A stretch of DNA of 64,000 bases from Candidatus Eiseniibacteriota bacterium (GTDB taxonomy: Bacteria > Eisenbacteria > RBG-16-71-46): contig OY970178.1 in NCBI GenBank assembly GCA_963707915.1, positions 736,001 to 800,000 on the forward strand. Reading direction: 5' to 3'. A program made the translations under genes and the position numbers. The notes beneath the pieces were generated by a model, which saw nothing but the letters and a program-made list of their open reading frames with translations, ran no database searches and had not been told where the DNA came from. How positions within the stretch are numbered: position 1 is the stretch's first letter; each line of letters opens with the position of its first letter. This document shows, one piece after another, positions 29,500 through 39,430 of the stretch.

Positions 29500-31250
29500 C
29501 GAACGGCCGCGGGCTCGCGGGCCGGGTCGGCTACGGACTGCTGTTCGTGGCCGTGCTGCCGGCGCTCCTCCTGTCCTGGGCGAACCGGCTCGACGCCGTG
29601 CTCCGATGGCCCGTGCCGGAGTGGCACACGCCCGGCCTCGTGCTCGCCGGCGCGGGCTCCCTGCTCGCGCTTGCCGGCATGCGCGCGCTGATCGTCCGCG
29701 GGCGCGGGCTGCCCATGAACGCCTATCCACCCCTCGTCTTCGTCACCAACGGCGTATACGCGCTCCTGGCGCACCCGATCTACGCGGGCGCCTTCCTCGC
29801 CGCGGTGGGCGCATCGCTCTGGAGGGGATCGGCGTCGGGCCTGGTGCTGGTGGCACCGGCGCTCGGCCTGATGATGCTCTCGCTCGTCTACGGCTACGAA
29901 CGTCCCGCGCTGCGCCGGCGCTTCGGCGCGAGAGCCATCGCGCATCGACCCCGGATCGCGCTGCCGCCGTCCGATAGCGCAGCGACCCGCGGCCCACGAC
30001 GGCTCGCGACGGCAGCGGCGATCGCGGCGCCCTGGCTTTTCGCCGGCTATGCGATCGACTTCGCGCGGCACGGCCCCGCCATCGCGGCGCCCTATCTTTC
30101 GCTGTGGCAGCCCACGGAGTGGTCGGCGCCGTGGCGGTTCACGTGGCTGGTGCCGGGGGCGTTCCTGCTCGCGCGCGTGCTGCTCGCCCGCACGAACCGG
30201 CAGCTTCGCCACGCGTCGATCGCCGCCATCGCCTGGGCCGCCGCGATGCTCTACCTCGACGTCGTCGCACCGCCGCTCGGCGACGACCTCGCGCGCTCCG
30301 CGCCGTGGCTCGCGCTCGTCGCGGCCGCCGCCGCTGCGCCCGCGGCCGGCTGGCGTGCTGTCTGGGACGTGACGCGCGCCGTGGCCGAGGCGGTCGCGAA
30401 CTCGCGGTGCGACTGGCTGCTTCTGGGCGGCCGGCTGCGGATCATCAACCACGCGGCGTTCTCGTTCGCGCTGGGCGCGGTCTCCGCCGCGATGGCGTGC
30501 GCCGTGCTGCGCGACCCGGCCCCGGTGCTGCTCGGCATCGCCTGCGCACTTGCGGGCGCGGCGCTCTACGCACAGCTCTCGTGGGGCAGCGGCGCGCTGC
30601 AGCGGCCGTTCGGCTTCTGGGGCTCGGTGCCCGGGCTCGCCGTCGCGCTGGTGCTCGCGCGCGTGTTGTTCGGGACGCCGTTGCTGCAGGTGACGCTGGC
30701 GGCCGTGCTCGCCGCGCCGTTCGGGCAGGCCGTCGGCCGGCTGCGCTGCCTCGCCCAGGGCTGCTGTCACGGCGTGCCCAGCGACGCGCGCTTCGGGATC
30801 CGGGTCTGGCAGGCGCAGTCGCGCGTGGTGGTGCTATCGAAGCTCGCGGGTGCGTGGATCCTGCCCACGCAACTCTACTTGATCCTGTTCAACCTCGCGC
30901 TTGGCCCGCTGCTCGTCTCGATGTGGCTCGCGCATGTGTTCCCCGCGACGCTCGTCGGCGGCGCGTACTTCTTCCTCACCGGGATCGAGCGCTTCGCCGA
31001 GGACGCCTATCGTGGCGAGACGCAGACGCGCACCATCGCCGGCCTCAAGGAACCGCAATGGATCGCGCTCGGATCGGTCGTGGGCGGCATGGCGCTCACG
31101 GTCGTGCCGTCGCCGGTGCTGCTGCCGCAGCCGCTGCCGGCCGGCAGCACCTCGGTGGCGACCGCGATCACCGGCGGACTGCTCACGGCGTTCGCCATGA
31201 GCGTGGACTTTCCGCGCTCGCACGCGCGCTTCTCGCGCCTGAGCGGCTGA
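29496..31250 (+). CDS. Phospholipid methyltransferase (PEMT)-like domain fused to an Lgt-like domain
   Basis: N-terminal GRGLP...GVYALLAHPIY...ERPALRRRFG; C-terminal GRLRCLAQGCCHG, PTQLY, ERFAEDAYRG. Confidence 0.75.
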   Translation: MTNGRGLAGRVGYGLLFVAVLPALLLSWANRLDAVLRWPVPEWHTPGLVLAGAGSLLALAGMRALIVRGRGLPMNAYPPLVFVTNGVYALLAHPIYAGAFLAAVGASLWRGSASGLVLVAPALGLMMLSLVYGYERPALRRRFGARAIAHRPRIALPPSDSAATRGPRRLATAAAIAAPWLFAGYAIDFARHGPAIAAPYLSLWQPTEWSAPWRFTWLVPGAFLLARVLLARTNRQLRHASIAAIAWAAAMLYLDVVAPPLGDDLARSAPWLALVAAAAAAPAAGWRAVWDVTRAVAEAVANSRCDWLLLGGRLRIINHAAFSFALGAVSAAMACAVLRDPAPVLLGIACALAGAALYAQLSWGSGALQRPFGFWGSVPGLAVALVLARVLFGTPLLQVTLAAVLAAPFGQAVGRLRCLAQGCCHGVPSDARFGIRVWQAQSRVVVLSKLAGAWILPTQLYLILFNLALGPLLVSMWLAHVFPATLVGGAYFFLTGIERFAEDAYRGETQTRTIAGLKEPQWIALGSVVGGMALTVVPSPVLLPQPLPAGSTSVATAITGGLLTAFAMSVDFPRSHARFSRLSG

Positions 31251-31389
31251 TGCCGCACGCCTGCGAGGCCGACCCGCTGGGGCGCGGGCGGTGATGTCCG
31301 CGCCGTGCGGGGTGCGGACGAGTGGGGGAGGGGGCGAGCCTCGGAGGGTGAGCGGGCGCGGTGCGAACATCGCCGGCGTGCGGGACGTC

Positions 31390-31681
31390 CGAGGGGTGGC
31401 GATCGACTTCATCCGGCCCGGCAAGCCGGTGGACAACTCGTTCGTAGAGAGCTTCAACGGCCGGCTGCGGGACGAGTGCCTGAATGGGAAGTGGTTCCAG
31501 AGCCGGGACGAGGCCCGCGAGTTCGTGGAAGCCTGGCGGGAGGACTACAACAACGCTCGGCCTCACAGCGCGCTGGGCCAGTTGTCACCGGCCCAGTACC
31601 GCAGCCAGGTCGAGGCCACCGGAGACCGGAAGAAGCTCGCTCTACGCCGGGCCTAGTGGTCCTGGGATTGGGAGCGGACCA
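31390..31681 (+). mobile_element. IS3-family remnant (3' end of the transposase plus probable right end)
   Basis: IRPGKPVDNSFVESFNGRLRDECLN...YNNARPHSALG, stop at 31656, followed by an end terminating in GGACCA. Confidence 0.85.
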
Positions 31682-32095
31682 CAACCCCGGCGGACTGGAG
31701 GAATCGCTACGCGCAAAACGGGGAGCCGGTCAGATGGACACCAAGTCTGCGGGGCAGGCACAGATCCAAGTCCCGGTTTTGAAAACCCTACAAGGGTGGA
31801 TGCACGCTTCTCCAATGGCTCGACCGAAACCGGAGTGCCCCAGCAGGAGGTATGGCCCCGCGTCGCCCCTATCTCGCTCGCCCACAAGGCAATGAGTCAG
31901 ATCGCCCCCGGCAGGCAGAAGGTGGCCCCGAGTTTGCTGCAAGTCTGGTGACCTAGTCTGTCCGCGCCAAGCTGGAGCGTGCGGGTGAGGTCGTGGGCTG
32001 GTCCTCGGGGAAGCCCCCGAGCGGCCGCGCCACCGCTGCGCGCCGGGGGATGTGGCCTCCGAATCGGCATTGTCTGCCATGGAGTTCACCCAGAC

Positions 32096-33863
32096 ATGAG
32101 CAAGACCCAAGTTGCGAGCCAGAACCGCTCGCTCCCGAAGGCCGCGACCGGCATCGCGGGACTCGACGAAATCACCGGCGGCGGCCTGCCGCGCGGCCGG
32201 CCGACGCTCGTCAGCGGCAGGGCCGGCTGCGGCAAGACCCTCTTCGCGATGGAGTTCCTGGTCCGCGGCGCGACCGCAATTCGGCGAGCCCGGCGTGTTC
32301 ATGGCCTTCGAGGAGACCGCCGAGGAACTGACCCAGAACGTCCGCTCCCTCGGCTTCGATCTCGACGAGCTCGTCGCACGGAAGAAGCTGCTGATCGACT
32401 ACGTCCGCGTCGAGCGCAGCGAGATCGAGGAGACCGGCGAGTACGATCTCGGAAGGCCTGTTCGTCCGCCTGGGTCACGCCATCGACATCGATCGGCGCC
32501 AAGCGCGTCGTGCTCGACACCATCGAGGCGCTCTTCGCCGGACTGTCCAACTCCGGCGCGTCCTGCGCGCCGAGCTGCGCCGGCTGTTCCGCTGGCTCAA
32601 GGACAAGGGCGTCACGGCGGTCATCACCGGCGAGCGCGGCGACGGCACGCTCACCCGCCACGGTCTCGAGGAGTACGTCTCCGACTGCGTCATCGTGCTC
32701 GACCACCGGGTCACCGAGCAGCTCTCGACCCGCCGGCTGCGCATCGTCAAGTACCGCGGCTCGGTCCACGGCACGAACGAGTACCCGTTCCTGATCGACG
32801 AGGACGGCATCTCCGTCCTGCCCATCACCTCGCTCGGCCTCAAGCACGAGGCCTCGACGGAACGGATCTCCACCGGGGTTCCCCGCCTCGACGCCATGCT
32901 CGGCGGCAAGGGCTTCTACCGCGGCAGCAGCGTGCTGGTCTCCGGAACCGCGGGCACGCGGCAAGACGAGCCTCGCGGCGCACTTCGCCGACGCGGCCTG
33001 CCGGCGGGGCGAGCGCTGCCTCTACTTCGCCTTCGAGGAGTCCGAGAGCCAGATCGTCCGCAACATGCGCTCGATCGGCCTCGACCTGATGCCCTGGCTG
33101 AAGAAGCGGCGTGCTTCGCCTCCACGCCACGCGGCCCACGGCCTACGGTCTCGAGACGCACCTCGCCGCGCTCCACAAGCTGGTGGGCGAGTTCGAGCCC
33201 AGGGTGGTGATCGTGGACCCCATCACCAACTTCCTGAAGGCGGGCACCCACGTGGAGGCCGAAGCGATGCTCATGCGTCTCATCGACTTCCTCAAGGCCC
33301 GGCAGGTCACCGCGGTCTTCACGAGCCTGACGCTCGGCGGCGGCATCCAGGAGCAGACCGACATCGGCATATCGTCGCTCACCGACACCTGGCTGCTGCT
33401 GCGCGACATCGAGCTGGGCGGCGAGCGCAACCGCGCCATGTACGTCCTCAAGTCCCGCGGCATGGCCCACTCCAACCAGATCCGGGAGTTCCTCCTGACG
33501 GATCACGGCGTCGAGCTCAAGGACGTGTACGTCGGTCCGGAGGGAGTGCTCACCGGATCCATGCGCATGGCACAGGAGGCGCGCGAGAAGGCCGCGGCGC
33601 TCGGCCGGCTGGAGGAGATCGGCCGGCGCCAGCGCGACCTGGATCACAAGCGCCAGGCCCTCGAGGCCGGGATCACGGCGCAGCGCGCCCGGTTCGCGGC
33701 GGAGGCGGAAGATCTCGAGTTGCTCATCTCCCAGGACCAGGCCGCCGCCGGCCGCGCGGCCGAGGGACGCGAGAAGCTGGCGCACAGCCGCAAGGCCGAC
33801 GAGCCGGTCCATGGAGCAGGCAACGGTTCCCGAAAGACCCCCAGATCGGGAGGACGCAAGTAA
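32096..33863 (+). CDS. kaiC: Double-domain KaiC ATPase/kinase with about six frameshifts
   Basis: [32 protein letters not shown], second domain GTAGT(G)[25 protein letters not shown]. Shifts near 32275, 32450, 32490, 32560, 32960 and 33110. Confidence 0.9.
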
Positions 33864-34222
33864 TGCACGACCAAAGCAAGCCGCAGGCCCTGGAGACGTT
33901 GGACGACTCCGCGCAGGTGGACCCGAATATCTGGGAGCTCCGACTGTACGTCGCGGGCAAGACGGCGCGATCCGTCGCCGCGCTGGAGAACCTCACCAGG
34001 CTCTGCGAGGAGCACCTCCCCGGCAAGTACCGGATCGAAGTGGTCGACCTGCTGGTCCACCCGAAGCTGGCCGAAGGCGACCAGATCATCGCGATCCCCA
34101 CATTGGTCCGCAAGCTGCCGCAGCCGATCCGCAAGGTGATCGGCGACCTGTCGAATACCGAGCGCACGCTGGTCGGACTTGCAGCTGCGTCCGTCCAAAT
34201 CGTAGTCACGCCGGTGCGATGA
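33863..34222 (+). CDS. kaiB: KaiB protein
   Basis: [31 protein letters not shown]. Confidence 0.92.
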   Translation: MHDQSKPQALETLDDSAQVDPNIWELRLYVAGKTARSVAALENLTRLCEEHLPGKYRIEVVDLLVHPKLAEGDQIIAIPTLVRKLPQPIRKVIGDLSNTERTLVGLAAASVQIVVTPVR

Positions 34223-34317
34223 ATCGACCGCAGCCCGGGTGCCGGCAGCCCGTCCAGGGTCTGCGAATGCAACGACAGGCAATGAGGCGATCGTCCGACA
34301 CCGTCCGAGACTCCGCC

Positions 34318-35975
34318 ATGAACGCCCACACCATCGAGGAGTTGCAGCTGGAGAACCAGCGACTGCGTCACCGGCTGGCGGAGGCCGAGGACGCGCTCCG
34401 TGCGCTCCGCGCGGGGGAAGTGGACGCGGTCGTCGTGGGCACCGATGGCCCGCAGGTCTACACGCTGGATGCCGCCGGCAAGCCCTATCAACTGTTGGTC
34501 GAGCAGATGCCCCAGGCCGCCGCTTCGTTCACGATGGACGGGGTCATCCTGCACGGCAACAGCCGCTTCGCCAGCCTCCTCGGACGACCTCTCGAGATGC
34601 TGGTCGGCAAGCCGATCTACGACTTCCTGGCCGACGAGAGCCGTGCCCCCTTCGCGTCCCTGCTGCGAGATGTCCAGGCCGCCGAGGTTCAGGCAGAAGT
34701 GATCCTGCGACGGGCGGACGGCACGCTGATACCCGCATACCTCGGCATCAACGCGTTGCGTGAAGGCCCGCTCGGCGTATGCCTGGTGGTCACTGATCTG
34801 ACCGAGCAGAAGCATTATGCCGAGTTGAAGCTCGCGCAGGAGGCCTTGCGAGAGGCCGACCGTCGCAAGAACGAGTTCGTCGCCATTCTCGCCCACGAGC
34901 TGCGCAATCCCCTGGGCCCGATTCGCAATGCGGCGCGCATCCTGAAGCTCAAGGGGGCCCTGGCCCCGGAGTTCAGGGTTCCGATCGAGATGATCGAACG
35001 GCAAACGGAACAACTGGCCCGGCTGCTTGATGACCTTCTCGATGTGTCCCGCATCACGCGCGGTGCGCTGGAGATGCGTCGAGACCGCGTCGTGATCTCG
35101 GGCATCGTCGAGGCATCGGTGGATGCCTGCCGTGAAGAACTGCTGCAGCGAGGAGTCGACCTGCGCGTGAGCCTTCCCGCCGAACACACCGAGCTTGTGG
35201 CGGACCGCGCCCGTCTCATTCAACTGCTCTGCAACCTGATCACGAACGCGGCAAAGTACACCCCATCGGGCGGGCATATCGAACTCACGGTAACAGCAAG
35301 CGACGGGATCCTGAGGACTTCCGTGAAGGACAACGGCCTGGGCATCCCCCCCGAGAGGTTGACGGATATCTTCGAACTCTTCGCGCAAGTGGACCGCTCG
35401 TCTGAACGGTCAGGAGGCCTCGGCATCGGACTCACGCTGGTTCGTCAGATCGCCACGCTCCACAATGGCAGCATCGAGGCGCGAAGCGGGGGGATTGGCC
35501 ACGGCAGCGAGTTCATCCTGACATTGCCCATTGCGGCCGCTACGGCGGCGGCGCCGGCAATGGCTCCCGTTCGGGCCCCGCGGCTGCGCCGAGACGCGTT
35601 CTGGTCGTGGACGACAACCGTGACGCGGTCGAGAGCCTGGCAATGCTGCTTGAAGTCGCCGGGCACGAGGTCCACTCTGCACTCGACGGGGATGCAGCCA
35701 TTGCCCTGGCCCAGGAATGCCGGCCAGACGTCGTACTTCTCGACCTCGGGATGCCCAAGGTCAGCGGCTACGAAGTGGCCCGGCGCATTCGCGAGCATCC
35801 TTGGGGCAAGAAGATCTATCTGGTGGCACTGTCGGGCTGGGGCCAGGCGGACGACAGGATGCATACGCAGGAAGCGGGCTTCGATGCCCATCTCGTCAAG
35901 CCAGTTGCTCCAGAAGCTCTCGAGCAACTTCTCAAGACGATGAACGCCCGACCGACTAGTCCCGCCTCAGCCTGA
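34318..35975 (+). CDS. PAS-HisKA-HATPase-REC hybrid histidine kinase (frameshift near 35570-35590)
   Basis: LAHELRNPL, NAAKYT, DNGLGI, GLGIGL; receiver VDDN..DLGMP..KP continues in another frame to 35975. Confidence 0.85.
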
Positions 35976-36204
35976 GCCTTGATCACAGCACCTCCCATTG
36001 GAGATCTGCTCCGCGATGCGCTGGTTGGTCTCGAGGCCGACCCCGAATCCCTGATCGCCGCTCCAGCCGGTGGAAGGGGTGAGGGCAACATGTAGCACCC
36101 ACATCGGCCTTAGTTCGTGAGGCTAGACATGTGCGCACCGTCTACCCGACCGCGTGCCTGATTACTTCCGCGCGCGATGAAGTCGTGCTAGCGTGTTGCC
36201 GCAC

Positions 36205-36241
36205 GGCCCCGCAGCTCAGACGGATAGAGCAGCGGTTTCCT
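36205..36241 (+). repeat. Displaced 5' half of tRNA-Arg(CCT), copy 2, interrupted by an IS110-family element
   Basis: 36/37 identity to 41712-41748; the loop's remaining AA resumes at 37672-37673 after the IS. Confidence 0.92.
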
Positions 36242-36269
36242 TCTGTGAAGCGGCCGCCCCTGTCAAGCG

Positions 36270-36530
36270 CGATGTGCGGGTACGTCGTTCTTGAGTGGAT
36301 GGTTCCAGTGGCCTCCTCCTGCTGTGGAGCCAGCCCGGCGTTGTCCTCGGCGAGGTTCCTCACCCTTCTGTCCGCGCTCTTCAGTGGCGGCCCGCAGGCT
36401 GCCGGCGCAAGAGGATCGTGCGATGGGGCGGAGGCGCCATCTAATGAACGGCCTCGACTGCAGCCATAGGAAACTACGCGCTCATCCGCCCCTTGTTCGT
36501 GAACGTCGCCCAGGGATGGAGATGATTCGC
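36270..36530 (-). ncRNA. Putative bridge/seekRNA of the IS1111-type element (ends approximate)
   Basis: Located in the 3' non-coding region. Carries GUUUCCUA and UUAG (target matches) and ACAGAAG and CAUC (element-end matches) in hand-folded internal loops. Confidence 0.65.
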
Positions 36531-36532
36531 CG

Positions 36533-37570
36533 TCACGCGACGTCGGCCTGCAGGCGTGACCGTCGCTCTGCCTTGCCGAACTCGGTCTCATCGCGCCACA
36601 TCGCGAACAGGATCCCGGCCAGCTTTCGAGCTAGAGCCACGATGGCGATGCGCTGACCACGACGCAGTGCGATGCGCTGTGCCCACAACCTCAACTCCTC
36701 CGTGCGCGAGTGCCGCGATCGGAGGATCGACCAGGCTGCCTCGACCAGCAGCCAGCGCAGACGGGTGTTGCCGGTCTTGGTGATAGCTCCGCGTTGCTGA
36801 CGTTCGCCGGAACTGAACTCGCTCGGGACCAGCCCGAGGTAGGCCTGGACCTGGTGTGCGCCTTCGAACCGCTGGACTAGATCGAGCGTCGAGACGAACG
36901 CCACCGCGGTCACCGGCCCGATGCCGGGCGCCGTGCACAAACGTTGCACGACCGGGTCCCCATCGACGATCTGTTCGATCGCCCGCTCGACGACCAGCAT
37001 CTCTCGGTTCACGCTATCCATCACGGCCCGCAGAGGCGCGATGATGTCGTGCAACCACTGCGGCGTTTCGATCTCGTCCATGCGCTTGCCGAAGCTCGAA
37101 GCCTGGCCGCTGCGCACGCGCAGGCCCTCGCGGCGGAGCAGCGCGCGCACGACCTGGATCTGCCGCACCCGTGTGCGGACCAGGTTGTCGCGCACGGTCA
37201 GCAGGGTTCGCACGCGTCGCTGGGGCTCTGAGGTGCGGTGCGCCCCGCGGTAGGCGCCGAGCCGGCAAGCATCCATCAGCGCTTGAGCGTCCCGGCGGTC
37301 CGTCTTCACCCGGCGGCTGCGAGTGGCGTACATCGGCGCGAAGTTGGGATCCGCCACGATCACCTCGTGCCCCAGCTCCTCGAGGCAGCGGGCGACCCAT
37401 TCGCTCTCGGTCGAGGCCTCGATCAGGATGCGGGCCCGTGGGCGCTTGCCCAACGCCTCAGCGAACCGGTCGTGACGTGTCAGGATGCGCCGCTCGACAA
37501 TCTCGCCGTCATTGCTGAGCCGACAGATTTGACTTTCATTCTTGTGGACGTCGATGCCAATATACTCCAT
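36533..37570 (-). CDS. IS110-family DEDD recombinase/transposase
   Basis: YIGIDVHK, IEAS, KTDRRDA, APGIGP, YLGLVPSEFSSG, ALARKL; GGAGG RBS. Confidence 0.95.
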   Translation of the reverse strand: MEYIGIDVHKNESQICRLSNDGEIVERRILTRHDRFAEALGKRPRARILIEASTESEWVARCLEELGHEVIVADPNFAPMYATRSRRVKTDRRDAQALMDACRLGAYRGAHRTSEPQRRVRTLLTVRDNLVRTRVRQIQVVRALLRREGLRVRSGQASSFGKRMDEIETPQWLHDIIAPLRAVMDSVNREMLVVERAIEQIVDGDPVVQRLCTAPGIGPVTAVAFVSTLDLVQRFEGAHQVQAYLGLVPSEFSSGERQQRGAITKTGNTRLRWLLVEAAWSILRSRHSRTEELRLWAQRIALRRGQRIAIVALARKLAGILFAMWRDETEFGKAERRSRLQADVA

Positions 37571-37739
37571 GGCTGACCTCCCAGTTCTTGCGGCTCTGAC
37601 CGCGTTGAACATCCTGTGGACCCGGCAACGGGTACCACGTCAGGCTGGGGGTCAGCCGCTTCATCTCATCTAACGCGGGACCGCATGAATACAGGGTGAA
37701 ATGGGCCTTGCGGCCTAGCAGGCGACGCGCGTACTACTT

Positions 37740-37781
37740 AGCATGAGCCCCAACGGTCTAGATTCCGTTGGGGCTCGTGCT
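37740..37781. repeat. 17-bp inverted repeat with an 8-nt loop
   Basis: AGCATGAGCCCCAACGG / CCGTTGGGGCTCGTGCT with one mismatch. Confidence 0.75.
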
Positions 37782-37824
37782 GTCTCGAGACTGGAAGAGA
37801 CGGCTCGGGACCTGAAAGGACGCT

Positions 37825-37850
37825 GAGACCGGGACCACACCGGGACCAGA
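37825..37850 (+). repeat. Arm-site-like tandem motif, copy 2
   Basis: GAGACCGGGACCACACCGGGACCAGA. Confidence 0.55.
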
Positions 37851-37927
37851 CAAGTGCTGACACGGACGGCGGGCGGGCTGGCGCTCCGTGAGAGCATGGA
37901 CGTAGGTGGACGGCTCAATCTTGGCGC

Positions 37928-38581
37928 ATGGGCATGAAGACCGGAGGACACGTGGCGGGCGCATCGCGAGGACGGTACTCATTGGGGGCTCTCAGGGGCC
38001 ACACGGAGCACATTCGCATCAAGTCTCGGCGAAAGCTCCGGGGAACCAGTCCTGAGCTAGATGAGGCGTTTGCCGTCCTCGCGCGGTTCATTGGGGAGCT
38101 TGAGGGGCTGCCCCGCTGCCTAGCTCCGAACGTCCACTTGCTCTTGTCGTGCCGCTTCATGAATCAAGTTTACGCTGCGCTCCTTCTGGCGGAATCGGGC
38201 CTCTTCGCAGAAGCAGCGATCTGCGAACGGGCGGCGATCGAAACGCTCTCGGCGGCGAAGCTCCTGCAGGTCAATCCGTCGATTGAGCAGCAGTACGAGA
38301 GTGGGCGGTTCCTGAAACCAGTTGAAGTGCGCAAAGAGCTGGAACGGCTCGGCTACCCTGAAGAAGTGGAGTGCCTACGAGGGCTCTACGGCGTCACGAG
38401 TGATGTGATGCACGTATCACGTGCGGCTGAGAGGTGGAGCACGAAGTGGCTCTCAGCCGATGAAGGGACGCTTCTGCTCGGCGGGAAGTACTCGCATACA
38501 GACCTGGAGAGCTTCACAGGGGTGCTGGTGACACTGACGCGTTGGTTCGCATCTGATCTGGAGAGCAATGCGAAGCAGTAA
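37928..38581 (+). CDS. Hypothetical protein (helical, island cargo)
   Basis: 217-aa ORF of lower GC; RAAIE and SDVMH motifs; start uncertain. Confidence 0.55.
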   Translation: MGMKTGGHVAGASRGRYSLGALRGHTEHIRIKSRRKLRGTSPELDEAFAVLARFIGELEGLPRCLAPNVHLLLSCRFMNQVYAALLLAESGLFAEAAICERAAIETLSAAKLLQVNPSIEQQYESGRFLKPVEVRKELERLGYPEEVECLRGLYGVTSDVMHVSRAAERWSTKWLSADEGTLLLGGKYSHTDLESFTGVLVTLTRWFASDLESNAKQ

Positions 38582-38748
38582 CATGGGGCAGCACCCGCTG
38601 CCTGGACGGGGGAGTCCGAGGCCTCTACGCGGCCTGGTGTCTCACTTGGCAACGCGCCCAGGCTGCACGAGCTTCGTGAGAATGGGCCAGAATGGGCGGT
38701 CTCGGGCATCGGAGCACATTCGAAGGGAGGGTGACAGCCGTGGCCCCC

Positions 38749-39195
38749 ATGTGGACTGACATCGTGCAGGCTTTGGGAGCTATCGGCACGCTACTGGTTG
38801 CGGTCGTCGGGTTCTGCTTCGTTGTTCGGCAACTGACGCAACTGGAGCGTCAGATCAGAGGCACGACGCATAGCGCGCTTTACGGCCAGGGCTTCGATCT
38901 GATGCAGTCGTTGGCCGCGACGCCGGAGTTGAGGTCGTACTTCTTCGACAATGAGGCCCTACCTGATGACCCTCATCTCAAGGCGAAGGTGTTGATCGCT
39001 GCCGAGACGGTTCTCGACTTTCACGAGCACGTCGCGGTTCAACGGTCCAACCTCCCTCGGGAGGTGTTCGCTCGATGGGAGGTATACATCCGGTCGATGC
39101 ACAAGAGCAGCATCGTGCTGCGCAACTACTTGAAGCTCCATCGTGAATGGTATGCGGAGGAGTTGTCCACGTTGCTGGCACATGGAGGTGATTAG
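38749..39195 (+). CDS. Hypothetical protein with an N-terminal TM helix
   Basis: MWTDIVQALGAIGTLLVAVVGF TM segment followed by RQL; lower GC. Confidence 0.65.
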   Translation: MWTDIVQALGAIGTLLVAVVGFCFVVRQLTQLERQIRGTTHSALYGQGFDLMQSLAATPELRSYFFDNEALPDDPHLKAKVLIAAETVLDFHEHVAVQRSNLPREVFARWEVYIRSMHKSSIVLRNYLKLHREWYAEELSTLLAHGGD

Positions 39196-39430
39196 CCCGA
39201 CCGTCCCGGGATGGGCCTAGCGAGGTGGAGGGGAGAGGCGTCGCCGAGGGCGCGGATAGCACTTGCTCGACCGCGCGTCGAGATGCGACCCCCTTGGCCT
39301 GAGTGCGCAGAACTCGAAGTCAGGGGACGGTGGCGGACGAGCACGACAGGGGCAGAGTGGACTCTGAGCGACGGATGGGAGGGGTTGGCGGCAGTAGGTG
39401 AACGGTACGGGACCGGAGGGGGGCGAGACC

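Larger units (their letters stand above)
36242..37671 (-). mobile_element. IS110-family element, IS1111 type
   Basis: Sub-terminal IRs TGAAGCGGC (36246-36254) and GCCGCTTCA (37655-37663); CT core at 36240-36241 and 37670-37671; long non-coding region 3' of the transposase. Confidence 0.88.
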
